From contig OX597827.1 in assembly GCA_951406725.2 (NCBI GenBank), positions 17,112,001 to 17,176,000 on the forward strand: 64,000 nt of DNA. Direction: 5' to 3'. Below, piece by piece: positions 28,701 to 42,350 of the stretch. Below the pieces are notes generated by a model that saw only the letters and a list, made by a program, of their open reading frames with translations, was not told the origin of the DNA and searched no databases. This DNA comes from Octopus vulgaris (Eukaryota). Positions within the stretch are counted from its first letter, which is position 1. Each line of letters begins with the position of its first letter. Both the position numbers and the translations under genes were made by a program.

Positions 28701-28760
28701 AAATCCTCACATATTTATCAATTATTTTCGCATCCTAACAGATGCAGCTATCTATATTCG

Positions 28761-28809
28761 CATTCTGAAGAGATATACTTAAACCAGTAAATTGAAACGA
28801 TCGTAAATG
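28761..28809 (+). ncRNA. minimal type I hammerhead ribozyme motif (PLE pLTR)
   Basis: CATT-CTGAAGA-gatatact/agtaaatt-GAAAC-gatc-GTA-AATG: stem I CATT/AATG, intact core, palindromic stem III. Confidence 0.8.
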
Positions 28810-29694
28810 GTACCTTCATCTTTGCTTATTCCCTCTTTGTTATCTAATTAATTAAAGATATACCAGCGAAAACCTCGAGTTTTCCAATGTTATTTTATCA
28901 ATTTTCTTCTCATATACATATATATATATATATATATACATATATTTGTGTCTGTGTGAGTGTGTGTGTGGGTGTGTTTGCGTTTGTGTTATGAAATTAA
29001 TGCCAGCAATAAATATATAAGTGCTTCCATATATGTCTGTTTGTGTGTGAACATATGTGTATATGTGAATATATTATTTGTTAATTAAAATAATTCGTGA
29101 CAAACCACCGTTTTATTTTTCATTCAGTAGAATTTGTCAAACGTTTGACAAGTTCTATCTTACGGAGCAAATAGTTATTTGCCACGAATCATTTTAATTA
29201 AGAAATAAATATTTATTCCCGGCGTCACACAACGTCGTCTTGACTCACTTGTTTCATAGTGACTACTTGACTACTACCTTCATAGTGACTACCTTCATTA
29301 GTACCCATTTGCACACGCACACACCCACACGTGCACACATACAAACACACGCACACACACAAATAGAGAGATAGATATGTTGATAGACAGATAGATAGAG
29401 AGTGAGAAACATATATATATAGAGAGAGAGAGAGTTAATAATGTTCGTTTTTATGTTTAGTTAAAATATAAACAATTTTACATTAATCTGAGGAGTTACT
29501 CCATAATTCGAAGCCACTGTGAACAACAAGAATATTGTTGATAGTGACTTCGAATTTTCGGCCAGTTAAGCCATCGTTGGATTCCATAGTTTGATTAAAG
29601 GAGCATTTTTGTTCTGCCTGTAACCCTCCAACGCGGAGTATAGGCCACTTGTAATTGAATTCCATGTCGCATAATTTTTCGCTTCTGTACTTGT

Positions 29695-29935
29695 AATCTA
29701 GTTCCTTTTGGGTTGATCTACGCCACGAGTTCTTAGGCCTACCTCTCCTTCTATATCCATCCGGTTTCCACTTTAAATCACTTTTCTCTACATTTGGTGC
29801 GTCTTTTCTAATTGTTCTACCAATCCACTTCCACTTTTTCTTAAATATTTGCTCCCTAATCGAAACTTCATTCGTTCTTTGCCATAGCTCCATATTGTTT
29901 ATGTGTTCGAGCCATGTAATTTTAAGTATACTACT
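29695..29935 (-). pseudogene. RTE LINE ORF C-terminal fragment
   Basis: ILKITWLEHINNMELWQRT..KWKWIGRTIR..WKPDGYRRRGRPKNSWRR. Confidence 0.9.
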
Positions 29936-30466
29936 CACATTAACGTATACTTATTTTAAATATACATTTTCAGTATACTACTCATATCAAATCAAAGCTA
30001 GCAGTTAGCTCGTACTTTTTATTCTTTATGAAAATTTCTAGCTAAATGTGCTAAATTATTTACTTAAAAAATTCAATGAAAATACTGTGTTGAAAATGTC
30101 GTAATTACTCTATTTTTGTCTCGCTGAACGGCTAGCTCACGTTGACCTAAGCAAAGAAACACTGATTGCGAAGCCGTGGTGACACAGACACAAAGACCAT
30201 TATTTGATATCGGGTCGTTTCCCTTACACAATAGACGCCAAGCCGATTTTACCCTTTGATCCGTTACATATTTAATTACGACACATAAAATTCAGCCGAC
30301 CTAATCCGGAGCGGAGACGTGATTGTCTCCGTTTTTCTGACCGTTTACTCATACATTTTACTGTGCATGAAAATCTGAGAAATGATGCAGAGAATCACCA
30401 ACTGATTCATAATGAATGATTTTTTTCTTTTGTTTGCGCACATATATAAATGTGCGTGTATATATG

Positions 30467-30534
<68 letters not shown>

Positions 30535-30579
30535 CATACATACATATATATATATACATACATACATATATATATATAT

Positions 30580-30612
<33 letters not shown>

Positions 30613-30804
30613 CATACATATATATATACATATACATACATATATATATACATACATACATATATACATACATATATATATATATATATACATATACATA
30701 CATATATATATACATACATATACATACATACATGCATACATATATATATACATACATATATACATACATACATATATACATACATACATACATACATATA
30801 TACA

Positions 30805-30894
<90 letters not shown>

Positions 30895-30917
30895 CATACA
30901 TATATATAATTGTGTGT

Positions 30918-31234
30918 GGAGACGCAATGGCCCAGTGGTTAGGGCAGCGTACTCGTGGTCGTAGGATCGCGGTTTCGATTCCCAGACAGGGCGTTGTGAG
31001 TGTAAATTGAGCGAAAAGTAAACACATAAAAATGCTCCACGCGTCTCCAGCAGGGGGTGGTGGCGATGCCCGCTGTACTCTTTCGCCACAACTTTCTCTC
31101 ACTCTTTCTTCTGTTGGCCTGCAGGCTTAGCCAGCGGGGTGGCGTCATTTAAAGGCTAAAACAATGCGAAGCGCATAGGGACCAGCGATGTGTAGCAACA
31201 TCTGATAACCTGGTCGGTCACGGTGATCACGGTG

Positions 31235-31236
<2 letters not shown>
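30918..31236 (+). mobile_element. SINE family A, tail 1
   Basis: homology to 3464. Confidence 0.9.
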
Positions 31237-31270
<34 letters not shown>

Positions 31271-31281
31271 ATGTATGTATA

Positions 31282-31555
31282 CACTGCTAATATAAGGATC
31301 AGATTTAATAGAAATATTTTATCAGTGGCCAACATATGAGAAATACCTTTTAAGGTGAAAATTAGAAATAAAATTATAAATAAGGGCAAAAAGAAAAACA
31401 GTTATTTGCCAATATGCTGAGAAATAGACGCTAAATCGTCTGGGCACATAAAATACTGTCTCACCACATAAAATATTTTATGTGCTTAGACGAATTAGCG
31501 TCTATTTTTCAGCATATTGGCAAAGAAATATTTTTCTTTTGCCCTTATTTATAGT

Positions 31556-31558
<3 letters not shown>
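31282..31558 (-). mobile_element. fold-back hairpin element H1 (arms ~80 bp plus tail)
   Basis: inverted arms 31375-31455 / 31474-31553; same family as 50771. Confidence 0.85.
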
Positions 31559-31633
<75 letters not shown>

Positions 31634-32244
31634 GATGGTTTGTTGCCAACTTCATGTGGCAGTCCCAGTAAAGAGAAGAATGGTCCTGCTATTGAGCCCC
31701 AAGAAACACCGTTTTCAGTTCGCTATGTGACACAAGCATAGTCTGTACTTATATTTTCAAACAGGGAGGATAATATATATATATATATATATATATTTTG
31801 TGAAATAGTATGTATTTTGTGAATTTTGTGAATATATACATTTTGTGAATTTTGTGAATATATACATATTTCTTAACATGTTCTTATTACCAAAGAATGT
31901 ATATGTATATTGTAATATTTTGTCACAACCAGTGCCTAGCACAACCAAGCTTTTGTGCACAATATTTTAATGAACTTGTTAAACTTTATTATTTTTTCCC
32001 AAGATTTCCCCTTGTAAACTGTTCTTAACATGTTCTTATTATCAAAGAATGTATATATATATATATTGTAATATTTTGTGACAACCAGTACCTAACACAA
32101 CTAAGCTTTTACATGTTACTTTTGATAATCTTTTTCTAAAAAAGTGAAACCGGTCAAGTAAATAAACATATTTTAACATTGCATTTTCAAACCTTCTTTC
32201 ATATATATATATATACACACACATATATATATGCATATATAAGG

Positions 32245-32870
32245 CACAGACGTGGCTGTGTGGTAAGAAGATTGCTTTCTTACCAGACACCCACGTAAGA
32301 GTTCTATTGCCTACTTAATGTGTTATTATGTAAATGGTTTGTTACCTCAAAATATTTTATAATAGAACAATGTGCTCGGGTATACAGCAATCGGCGGGCG
32401 TTGCTATTGCCCTCATTATTATCATATCGTTAATTATTCCATCTCATCATGTCCAGCCCGCAGCCTCCTTTCTTTGTAAGGCCCTTGCGGCCAATTAAAA
32501 GAATAAAAGAAGCTTGCTTTCCCAACAACATGGTTCCGGGTTCAATCCCACTGCGTGGTAATTCGGGCAAGTATCTTCTACAATATCCTTGGGCTGACCA
32601 AATCCTTCTCAGTGGGTTTGGAAGACAGAAACTTCAAGAAGCTCGTCGGATATATCTATATATATCTATGTATCTGCCTTTGTGTCTGTAGTTGCCACCC
32701 TACAACACCGCTTGACAAAGGGTGTTTGCGTCGCGTAAGCTAGCGGTTTGGAAAAAGAGAGCAATACAATAAGTACCAGGCTCAAGAAAGAAGTACTGGC
32801 ATCGATGAATTCGACTAAAAAACCATAAGGTGGTGCCCCAGCATGGTCGCAGTCTAATGACACAAAGAAA
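32245..32870 (+). mobile_element. diverged SINE B interrupted by a probable LINE 3' end
   Basis: head at 32250, resumes ~32510; insert ends GGCCCTTGCGGCCAATTAAAAGAA. Confidence 0.65.
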
Positions 32871-32895
32871 AACAAAGCCTATCATATATATATAC

Positions 32896-32951
<56 letters not shown>

Positions 32952-33030
32952 ATATATATATTCACACACACACAACTATATATATATATATATATGTATA
33001 TGTATGTATATATATTCACAAACACACAAC

Positions 33031-33106
<76 letters not shown>

Positions 33107-33211
33107 TATGCACGTTAATATATGTGTGTGTATATGTATATATCTGTGCGTACGACTGTTGTTTGCAAGTCAGTCTTCGCAGATTAATTTACTCATCACT
33201 GTTTTTCCTTC

Positions 33212-33262
<51 letters not shown>

Positions 33263-33413
33263 ACCTCCACCTCTCTCATTCTCCATCATCATTTTTTAAT
33301 GAAGTTAATCTCTTCCGTTGTCTCTAATCTATTTATTGAAAAATATTTTCCTTTCAAAGCAGCAGACCAATTAGCTAACTCAACTTCGATGCCCTGCTCA
33401 CCCTCCTTTCACC

Positions 33414-33452
<39 letters not shown>

Positions 33453-33481
33453 AAATAGAAAGATGAATAATCTTGTAGCAG

Positions 33482-33534
<53 letters not shown>

Positions 33535-33596
33535 TATATATATATATATATATATATATGTCTGTGTGTTTGTGAGTAAATTTCTGTTTTATCATC

Positions 33597-33628
<32 letters not shown>

Positions 33629-33914
33629 CGTCGTCATCATAATCGTCATCGTCATCACCATCGCCATCATGTGCTGTCATAGTTATTGTTATTGTTGCCG
33701 CAAGCGTTTGCCAGTTGCCAGTTCCATGGTTGCTTTTGTTGTTGTTGTTGTTGTTGTTGTTTCTCTTGTTGTTTATTCTTTTCCGTTTGAGCAAATATTA
33801 TTTGTTGGTAATCGAAAAAAAAAAGGTGAGCGTATGCCTGCAATCCCTGTATATACGTGCGCGCGCATGTATACACACACACAGATATATATGTATATAT
33901 ATATATATATATAT

Positions 33915-33947
<33 letters not shown>

Positions 33948-34036
33948 CATACATACATACATACATATATATATACACATACATACATATATACATACAT
34001 ACATATATACATACATACATATATATATATATATAC

Positions 34037-34067
<31 letters not shown>

Positions 34068-34110
34068 CATATATATACATACATATATATATACATACAT
34101 ACATATATAT

Positions 34111-34194
<84 letters not shown>

Positions 34195-34245
34195 ATGTAT
34201 GTATGTATATATATATATATATATGTATATTTATGCATACATAAA

Positions 34246-34283
<38 letters not shown>

Positions 34284-34583
34284 TATGTATATATACGTGT
34301 GTGTGTTTAATAAAATAACGATGTGTATATAAGAAGAAATATTAATATAGATATAAAGCGAAAAACAACACTACCTGCAAAGAATAACCCACCACCACCA
34401 CCAGCACCGCCACCACCACCGCCACCACCTTGCAACAAGTACAATAGCAATAACAACAAAGATAATAATAATTACAGATTAAATAGAAATCTAAACGAAA
34501 AACAAATATCAGCCATAATAAAGTACATGAATGTTTTAAATTGAAAGAGAGTTATTGGAAAAACAATTTAATTCGATCAAACT

Positions 34584-35032
34584 GCTGTTGAAAACTATTG
34601 CAGACCCATCTATATACACGCGCACAGACTCACACACATATATACACGCGTGCGAACACACATGCACACACTTGGTTGTGCGTGAGTTCACATACATACA
34701 TATTTATCTCATACATATTTATCTCTATATATATATGTATATATATATATGTATATATATATATGTGTGTCTGTGTGTGTTTGTGTGTGGATATACATGT
34801 ACAGGATATTTATGTATACACATGTCCATCTGTGTGTATAACGTGTGTGTGTATATAACGATTACATGTAAATATATATGCTGTTGAAAACTATTGCAGA
34901 CCCATTTATATACACGCACACACACTCACACATATATATATGCGCGCGAACACACATACACACACATGGTTGTGCGTGAGTTCACATACATACATAACTA
35001 CATACATACATATTTATGTATATATATATGTG

Positions 35033-35088
<56 letters not shown>

Positions 35089-35182
35089 TGTGTGGATATG
35101 CATGTACGGGATATTTATGTATACACATGTCCATCTGTATGTATAACGTGTGTGTGTGTATATAATGATTACATGTAAATAT
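34584..35182. repeat. ~297-bp tandem duplication of microsatellite-rich DNA
   Basis: GCTGTTGAAAACTATTGCAGACCCAT at ~34584 and ~34880 with collinear downstream sequence. Confidence 0.85.
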
Positions 35183-35361
35183 AGGTAAGCTGGTGTATTT
35201 AATGTCATTGTTTCACATCTGTTTTCACGGAAGATTTTTCACGAGACGCTTCTTGGTTGATACAGTAAAAGAGCGGGGAAACGGAAGAGAGGAATCGTGT
35301 TCGATTCTGGCTGGAGATCTGTCTGGTTATGTTTATAATCTGAAATATACTTTATATTAAC

Positions 35362-36245
35362 CAGTGGTTCTCACCTAGGGTTCAAATGACCCCTGAGGGA
35401 CCATATAATATTCTTGGGTGTCCATATATTCAATATAGTAAAATGTGAGTCCACAGCATTGTTTCAATTACCTTTTTACTCTTTTACTTGTTTCAGTCAT
35501 TTGACTGTGGCCATGCTGGAGCACCGCCTTTAGTCGAGCAAATCGACCCCAGGACTTATTATTTGTAAGCCTAGTACTTATTCCATCGGTCGCTTTTTGC
35601 CGAACCGCTAAGTTACAGGAACGTAAACACACCAGCATCGGTTGTCAAGCGATGTTCGGAGGACAAACACAGACACACAAACACACACACACATATACAC
35701 ATACACGACAGGCTTCTTTCAGTTTCCGTCTACCAAATCCACTCACAAGGCTTTGGTCAGCCCGAGGCTATAGTACAAGACACTTGCCCAAGGTGCCACG
35801 CAGTGGGACTGATCCCGGAACCATGTGGTTGGTTAGCAAGCTACTTACCACACAGCCACTGCGCCAATGTCAATGAAAAATATTGTCAATGAAAAAAATT
35901 TGATTCAGATATATTTACATCAAGCAAGAAACAGCTCAGCTTCTTTCTCTAACGTTTTATATAATTCAAACAACACAAGTAGATGCGTAAAAGACCAAAT
36001 AGGAATTTTGAAAGAGGTATCTATAAAACTCTGCGATGGACTGGCGTCCTGTCCAGCTGGGGGGAACACATACGCCATAGAAACCGGGAAACCGGGCCCA
36101 TGAGCCTGGTTAGGCTTGAAAAAGGCGCATAAACATAAATAAAATCTATAAAACTAATTTTAAAACCTCGAATTGCTATAGGGGTCCACCAGAAAGAAAT
36201 AGTAATGAAAGGGATCCGTAGAGAAAGCATAGTTGAGAACTATTG
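35362..36245 (+). mobile_element. hAT-type MITE with nested SINEs
   Basis: termini CAGTGGTTCTCA.. / ..TTGAGAACTATTG; decayed 8-bp TSD (atattaac/acgttgac). Confidence 0.7.
35472..35862 (-). mobile_element. SINE family B nested in the hAT MITE
   Basis: homology to 3783. Confidence 0.9.
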
Positions 36246-36545
36246 ACGTTGACCGTACATCAATAACAACTGTTGATTTCCAACCGACTGACAACCTTTA
36301 TAATGATTATAAAATGTCTAAATGCTTAAAATTACGAGGTGTAAAATGTATTTTGTAATTGTTATTAGCGGCTTATTACCAAACCAACACCTTTGTGTTG
36401 ACTTAGAGCTAATTCTCTAATTTTAAGCTAAGGCATGGATAAAGCAAGCTTTAACCCACAACCATAATGGTAATGAGGATGAAAATGGCACATAGGAGAC
36501 AGGTTACAATATTACAATCGTATTTATTTGATTATCAAACAAAGA

Positions 36546-37117
36546 AGGCGGCGAGCTGGCAGAAACGCTAGCACGCCGGGCGAAATGCTTTACGGTATTT
36601 CGTCTGCCGCTACGTTCAAATGCCGTCGAGGTCGACTTTGCCTTTCATCCATTCGGGGTCGATAAATTAAGTACCAGTTACTGGGGTCGATATAATCGAC
36701 TTAATCCGTTCGTCTGTCCTTGTTTGTACCTTCTGTGTTTAGTCCCTTGTGGGTAATAAAGAAATAGGTATTTCGTCTGCTGTTACGTTCTGAGTTTAAA
36801 TTCCGCCGTGGTCGACTTTGCCTTTCATCGTCTCGGGGTTGATAAAATAAGTACCAGTTGCGTACTGGGGTCGATATAATCGACTCAGTCCCTTTGTCTG
36901 TCCTCTATGTTTAGCCCCTTGTGGGCAATAAAGAAATAAGAAACGTTAGCAGGCCGGGCGAAATGCTTAGCGGTATTTCGTCTGTCTTAACGCTCTGAGT
37001 TTGCCTTTCATCTTTTCGGTGTTCAATAAATTAAGTACCAGTTGCGTACTGAGGTCGATCTAATTGACTGGCCACCTCCTCCGAAAATTTCGGGCCTTGT
37101 GCCTAGATTTGAAAAGA
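36546..37117 (+). mobile_element. SINE family C trimer (C1, C1, C2 tails)
   Basis: three tandem body units, same architecture as the 14645 array. Confidence 0.9.
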
Positions 37118-37404
37118 TTATTTGCAAACGAAGTTTACGCTTTTACTTGCTGTTAAAAGGGAGATATTATACAGATCAAAAGGGAGATAAACTCAAATAT
37201 TCTGTTTTTACATTTCTTGAGTCCTAGGGCTCATAATCCCGCTAACCAAAGTGCCATGGTGTATGAGTCACCGAGATCACAACATCCCCACCCCCCACCC
37301 TAGCGGGACGCCGTTCCGTTACAGGGTTCAACGACAGCAGATTCGAGGGGTGAGAGCAAATCAATTACATCGATTACATAGTTGGTACGATATAAGAATG
37401 ATGT

Positions 37405-37715
37405 TGCGGTGTCTTTGAGGCAAAATATAGTAGTATGAAAAAAATGTTTTGCTTTCGAAACGTAGAGTAGATGAAACCTTAGCGACTGAAGAAGGGGTTT
37501 TTTCGTTGTGTTAATTGTCCTGTACTCCATTTTTTGTTGTTTTTTTGTTGTTTTTAAAAAAATGTCCAGTTCCTTTGGTTTGTGTCTATGTTTTCGTTTC
37601 TCTTTGTGTTCGACGTCCCTTTGGTGTCCTGTACTCATATATGCGTGTATATGTACATGTAGAGGTAGGTACGTACATATATGTTTATATATATGCATAT
37701 GTTTTATTTCATTTA

Positions 37716-37720
<5 letters not shown>
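37405..37720 (+). mobile_element. repeat family E (PLE-like 3' end with hammerhead remnants)
   Basis: GCAAAA..TTTTGC-tttc-GAAAC-gtaga-GTA, then CTGAAGA; ends in (TA)n; homolog at 17818. Confidence 0.65.
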
Positions 37721-37761
<41 letters not shown>

Positions 37762-37766
<5 letters not shown>

Positions 37767-37816
37767 AATTCAGGGTGAATACTTGATGACCCGGCAACGA
37801 CGGGTCATAGTGCTAG
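37762..37816 (+). mobile_element. Helitron 3' terminus
   Basis: hairpin GACCCG-gcaacga-CGGGTC followed by CTAG|T. Confidence 0.7.
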
Positions 37817-37964
37817 TGCATGTATATATGTGTATATATATGTGTACATAATACATGTACATCTATATATATACATCTACACATAAAATACAAAATACAA
37901 AGTTATATCTTGATATTGCTAGTGATAACAATACTCAAAATATATAACAGACTGGAATTGTAAG

Positions 37965-38450
37965 CCCGTCTCTTGCAATTTCGATCAATTGTATCTTGTC
38001 CTCCCTCTTGTATAGAAGAGTGGCTACAATCCAGCCTACCTCTACTTCTTGGGGAACATTTTAAATTTTTATCCGGGATGTCCTACGTCCCAGATATAAA
38101 GGTAAAAATAAAATATTTCCACTTTGCAAGGTTCGAGTCGAGTACTCCCTTGCACGCTCCGTTGACTCGAACCTTGCTTCTATTGTGGCGAATTTACCGC
38201 CTCTAGTTAGATATCTTTCATAGTCGCACCAAGACACTTTTCGATGGTGCTTTCCTCCAGGTGTTCAAATCTTTTTTTTTTTCTCTATATTGTAAATTTT
38301 ATAGACAATAGTCTTTTCTTTAATTTAATTTTTTATTTCGTTTGGTGGTGTTATCCTAGATTCACCGTCTTTGTCGGTGATCAATCCGTATTTCTTCCAT
38401 TTTAATTTCAATGAGTTCGCGCCCACCGACGGCTGCAGCGAAATTCATTT
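37965..38450 (-). pseudogene. non-LTR ORF1 relic, N-terminal half
   Basis: MNFAAAVGG..ITPP..EKTIVYKIY..STIEKCL..YLTRGGKFATIEARFES..LYLGRRTSRIKI.NVPQEVEVGWIV; aligns by eye with 13900 and 61720. Confidence 0.65.
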
Positions 38451-38759
38451 TTGGACTTTCTTCTATCGAAGGCACTCTAACAAAAATGTAAAAGCACAGT
38501 TCCATCTGGACTATTCCATTTCTGCACGCTAATTTTATTTTCAATTTATTCCCATTCATGTGAAACCACTTATTCAAGTTCAAATCACTGATGCAATTTT
38601 ATAACAATTGCTATTTTTACTTTTGTTATGTTACGATTATATTATACTTTAGTTTGATTTTAATTATTACTTACTACATATAATTCAATTGTTATTATTA
38701 TTTTTATTGTTAAAGTGAAAGCATCTGAAATAAAATAGAGAAATGTTATTGTTTCACTT

Positions 38760-38970
38760 TTAACACGTAATACTGAAATAGTGAAGATATGATATTGCTA
38801 TGGGCTCGCTCTAGGCAAGAAGTCGAACATTTTTTTTTGCCGATGACACTCCCCGGACCCTAAGTAAGGCATGTGTAAAATTTGAATGAAATTGGTAGTT
38901 CTTAAGTTTTGGGGAAACACACAGACAGACAGACACATATTCTCAGTTTTATATATATATATATATATAG
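38760..38970 (-). mobile_element. probable Helitron-type 5' end
   Basis: minus strand CTATATATA..AAAACTGAGAATATGTGTCTGTCTGTCTGTGTG, similar layout to the 20374 end. Confidence 0.5.
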
Positions 38971-39437
38971 TAACAATGAAGGGTGAAATTAATTAATTTG
39001 GAATAATTATCAATTACACCAAGTAGTCTTCGGCATGTAAAAGCCTCATTCGAGGAAAATTTAAGTAATACTAAGCAATTAAGGGTTTAGCAACGAATTG
39101 CCTTACCGCACACCGAATTTAGAAATAGCAGTCAAAGAGATTATAGCTATTTCTTCTACTAAAAGGAGATCACAGCAAAGGCACAGCATTTGAAAGGCAA
39201 ACACAAACAGGTAAGAGAAAATGAATTAACGGCAATCTATCATACAGTTTTAAGTCTTAAAACTGTATGATAGATTGCCGTTAATTCATTTTCTCTTACC
39301 TGTTTGTGTTTGCCTTTCAAATGCTGTGCCTTTGCTGTGATCTCCTTTAGTAGAAGAAATAGCTATAATCTCTTTGACTGCTATTTCTAAATTCGGTGTG
39401 CGGTAAGGCAATTCGTTGCTAAACCCTTAATTGCTTA

Positions 39438-39441
<4 letters not shown>
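38971..39441 (-). mobile_element. fold-back hairpin element H2, ~186-bp near-perfect arms
   Basis: 39068-39254 is the reverse complement of 39256-39441 with one 1-nt indel; flanked by (TA)n. Confidence 0.95.
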
Positions 39442-39484
<43 letters not shown>

Positions 39485-39488
<4 letters not shown>

Positions 39489-39786
39489 TATTTATTGCAA
39501 GAAACAGTTAGGTTTCTTTCTCCAGCATTTTACATAGTTCAACCTACACAAGTGAATGTGTGAAAAAAAAAAAAGAATTTTGAAAGATGTTTCTATAAAA
39601 CTAGTTTTTTCTCTAACATTCTACATACTTCAACCTACATAATTTAAAGTGTAAAAAACAAAATAGTAAATTCGAAAGAAGTTTCCATGATACTACTTTT
39701 TAAGCATCGAATAGCTGTGGGAGTTCACCAGAATCAAATAGTAATCAAAGGGGTCCAAAGATAAAAAAAATGGTTGAGAACCCCTG
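39485..39786 (+). mobile_element. hAT MITE right half (same family as 35362)
   Basis: CACCAGAA..AAATAGTAAT.AAAGGG.TCC..GTTGAGAACCCCTG. Confidence 0.7.
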
Positions 39787-39924
39787 TACTCGAGAAACCT
39801 GAAAAATAGAAAAAAAGTGAAATATAAAATTATTTGATTTAAAAAAAAATTGAACGCTTCAAACTCTGCATAAAAAAAAAACAGTGTTATGATAGCATTA
39901 CTATTAGAAAAAAATTATAAGTGG

Positions 39925-40115
39925 CAAAGAACTTGCCGAATCGTTAACTGCTAAGCATTTTGTCCGTGTTTACGTTTTGAGTTCAACTTGCGCCGTGGTC
40001 GACTTTGCCTTTCGTCCTTTCGTGATCGATAAAATAAGTACCAGCCGAACTCTGAGGGCGATGTAATCGACCAGTCCCTTCCCCCCGAAATTGTTAGCCT
40101 TGTGCCTAATAAATG
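39925..40115 (+). mobile_element. SINE family C, diverged, tail C2
   Basis: GTCGACTTTGCCTTTC..GATAAAATAAGTACCAG. Confidence 0.75.
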
Positions 40116-40195
40116 AATGAAAGGAATAAAGGATATGTGTGTGTATATGCGTCACATTTAAACTAAACACTGTCGTTCGTTCACTGACTCGTGAT

Positions 40196-40226
<31 letters not shown>

Positions 40227-40240
40227 CATACATACATACA

Positions 40241-40277
<37 letters not shown>

Positions 40278-40650
40278 AGGAGTGGCTGTGTGATAAGTAG
40301 CTTCCTTACGAACCACATGGTTCCGGGTTCAGTCCCACTGCGCGGCACCTTGGGCAAGTGTCTTCTACTACAACCTCGGGCCCGACCAAAGGCTCCTGAG
40401 TGGATTTGGTAGACTGTAACTGAAAGAAGTCCGTCGTATATGTATATATATGTCCGCGTGTGTGTATATGTTTGTGTGTCTGTGTTTGTCCCCCCCAACA
40501 TCGCAAGTCAACCGATGCTGGTGTTTTTACGTCCCCGTAACTTAGCGGTTCAGCAAACGAGACCGATAGAATAAGTACTAGGCTTACAAAGAATAAGTCC
40601 TGGGGTCGATTTGTCCAGCATGGCCACAGTCAAAGGAGTGAAACAAGTAC
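40278..40650 (+). mobile_element. SINE family B
   Basis: homology to 3783. Confidence 0.9.
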
Positions 40651-40662
40651 AATAGGAAAGAA

Positions 40663-40720
<58 letters not shown>

Positions 40721-40738
40721 AAATAAATATATATATAT

Positions 40739-40912
40739 ATAAAAGTAAATAAATGGTACAACGAAGCACCGATATTTACTTTTATGTAGTTCGCTATTTT
40801 CCAGTAAATATCGGTACTTCGTTGTACCATTTATTTACTTTTATGTATAATTTTACCCTCACGGGCTATCCTTTACTGGAAAGCAATACTCTCGTATTGC
40901 ATTACTATTTTC

Positions 40913-40914
<2 letters not shown>
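40739..40914 (+). mobile_element. fold-back hairpin element H3 (42-bp arms plus tail) in (TA)n
   Basis: arms 40739-40780 / 40803-40844, one mismatch. Confidence 0.8.
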
Positions 40915-40967
<53 letters not shown>

Positions 40968-41018
40968 ATGTATATGTATATATATATACATGTGTATATA
41001 TATACATGTATATATATG

Positions 41019-41050
<32 letters not shown>

Positions 41051-41179
41051 ATATATATACATGTGTATATATATACATGTATATATATATATATGTATAT
41101 ATATACACATGTATATATATACATGTATATATATACATATATATATATGTATATATATACATGTGTATATATATATGTA

Positions 41180-41257
<78 letters not shown>

Positions 41258-41627
41258 TGTATGTATGTATGTATGCGTGTGTGTGTTTGTTTGCGTGAAA
41301 TATAATTCTTCGCCTGTCCTGTCGACAGCAATAACTCTTCATTTATGTCTTTAACCCAGCAAACCTGACTCTATTTATAATAAAAAAAAAAAAAAACCTC
41401 ACCGATTCTATATTTACAAATATCATTACTCGGAAGCAATAAACACATTTTTGACAATCATTGTCGAGAGCGGTTAGAATTCGGAATAAATAATAGATTT
41501 TCTTTACCAGCTATCTTATAATTAACTTTCTCTTCAATGTATTACGTTGTTGTTACATTTAGAATTTATGATGCGTATATACTCACCCATACATGTAAAC
41601 ATATATGAATTATACATTGTTATATGT

Positions 41628-41924
41628 GGAGGCGCAATGGCCCACTGGTTAGGGCAGCGGACTCGCGGTCGTAGGATCGCGGTTTCGTTTCCCAGACCGG
41701 GCGTTGTGTGTGTTTATTGAGCGAAAACACCTAAGAAGTTCCACGAGGCTCCGGCAGGGGGGGGGTTATCCCTGTCGTACTCCTTCACCACTCTTTCTCT
41801 CACTCTTTCTTCTGTTGGCCTGCTCGCTTAGCCAGCGGGGTGGCGTCATTCGAAGGCTAAAACAATGCGAACGCATTGTGACCAGCGATGTGTAACATCT
41901 GGTCGGTCACGTGATCACGTGATC
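41628..41924 (+). mobile_element. SINE family A, tail 1
   Basis: homology to 3464. Confidence 0.9.
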
Positions 41925-42112
41925 ACACAGTTATATACCGGAGGGGTATGTAGTTATGTTTATACTATGTTTATACTGGCGCATATAAAAATTTATAGAT
42001 TATAAAGAAATACCCATACCCAGTTATACGTATGTATGTGTATATAAAATGTCAATAAATATATGTGTATTTAAACGTGAATACGCATATACATTACTGT
42101 TCATAAACAATG

Positions 42113-42350
42113 TGGAGGCGCATGGCTTCGTGATTACAGTGTTGCAATTATTATCATAAGATTAAGGGTTTCGATTCCGTGGTTGGGTGCTGTGTTGTGT
42201 TCATTAGCAAAACACTTCATTTCACATTGCTCTATGCTACTCAGCTGGCAAATATTAGTAATCGCGGGATGGAGCAGTGTCCAATCCAGGGGAAAATATA
42301 TACATAAGAGAATCCAGAAAATGGACCTACTGAGCCATTGGCTCGGAGAG
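42113..42350 (+). mobile_element. old SINE, family D-like
   Basis: GGAGGCGCATGGC head, TGTGTTCATTAGCAAAACACTT core. Confidence 0.65.
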
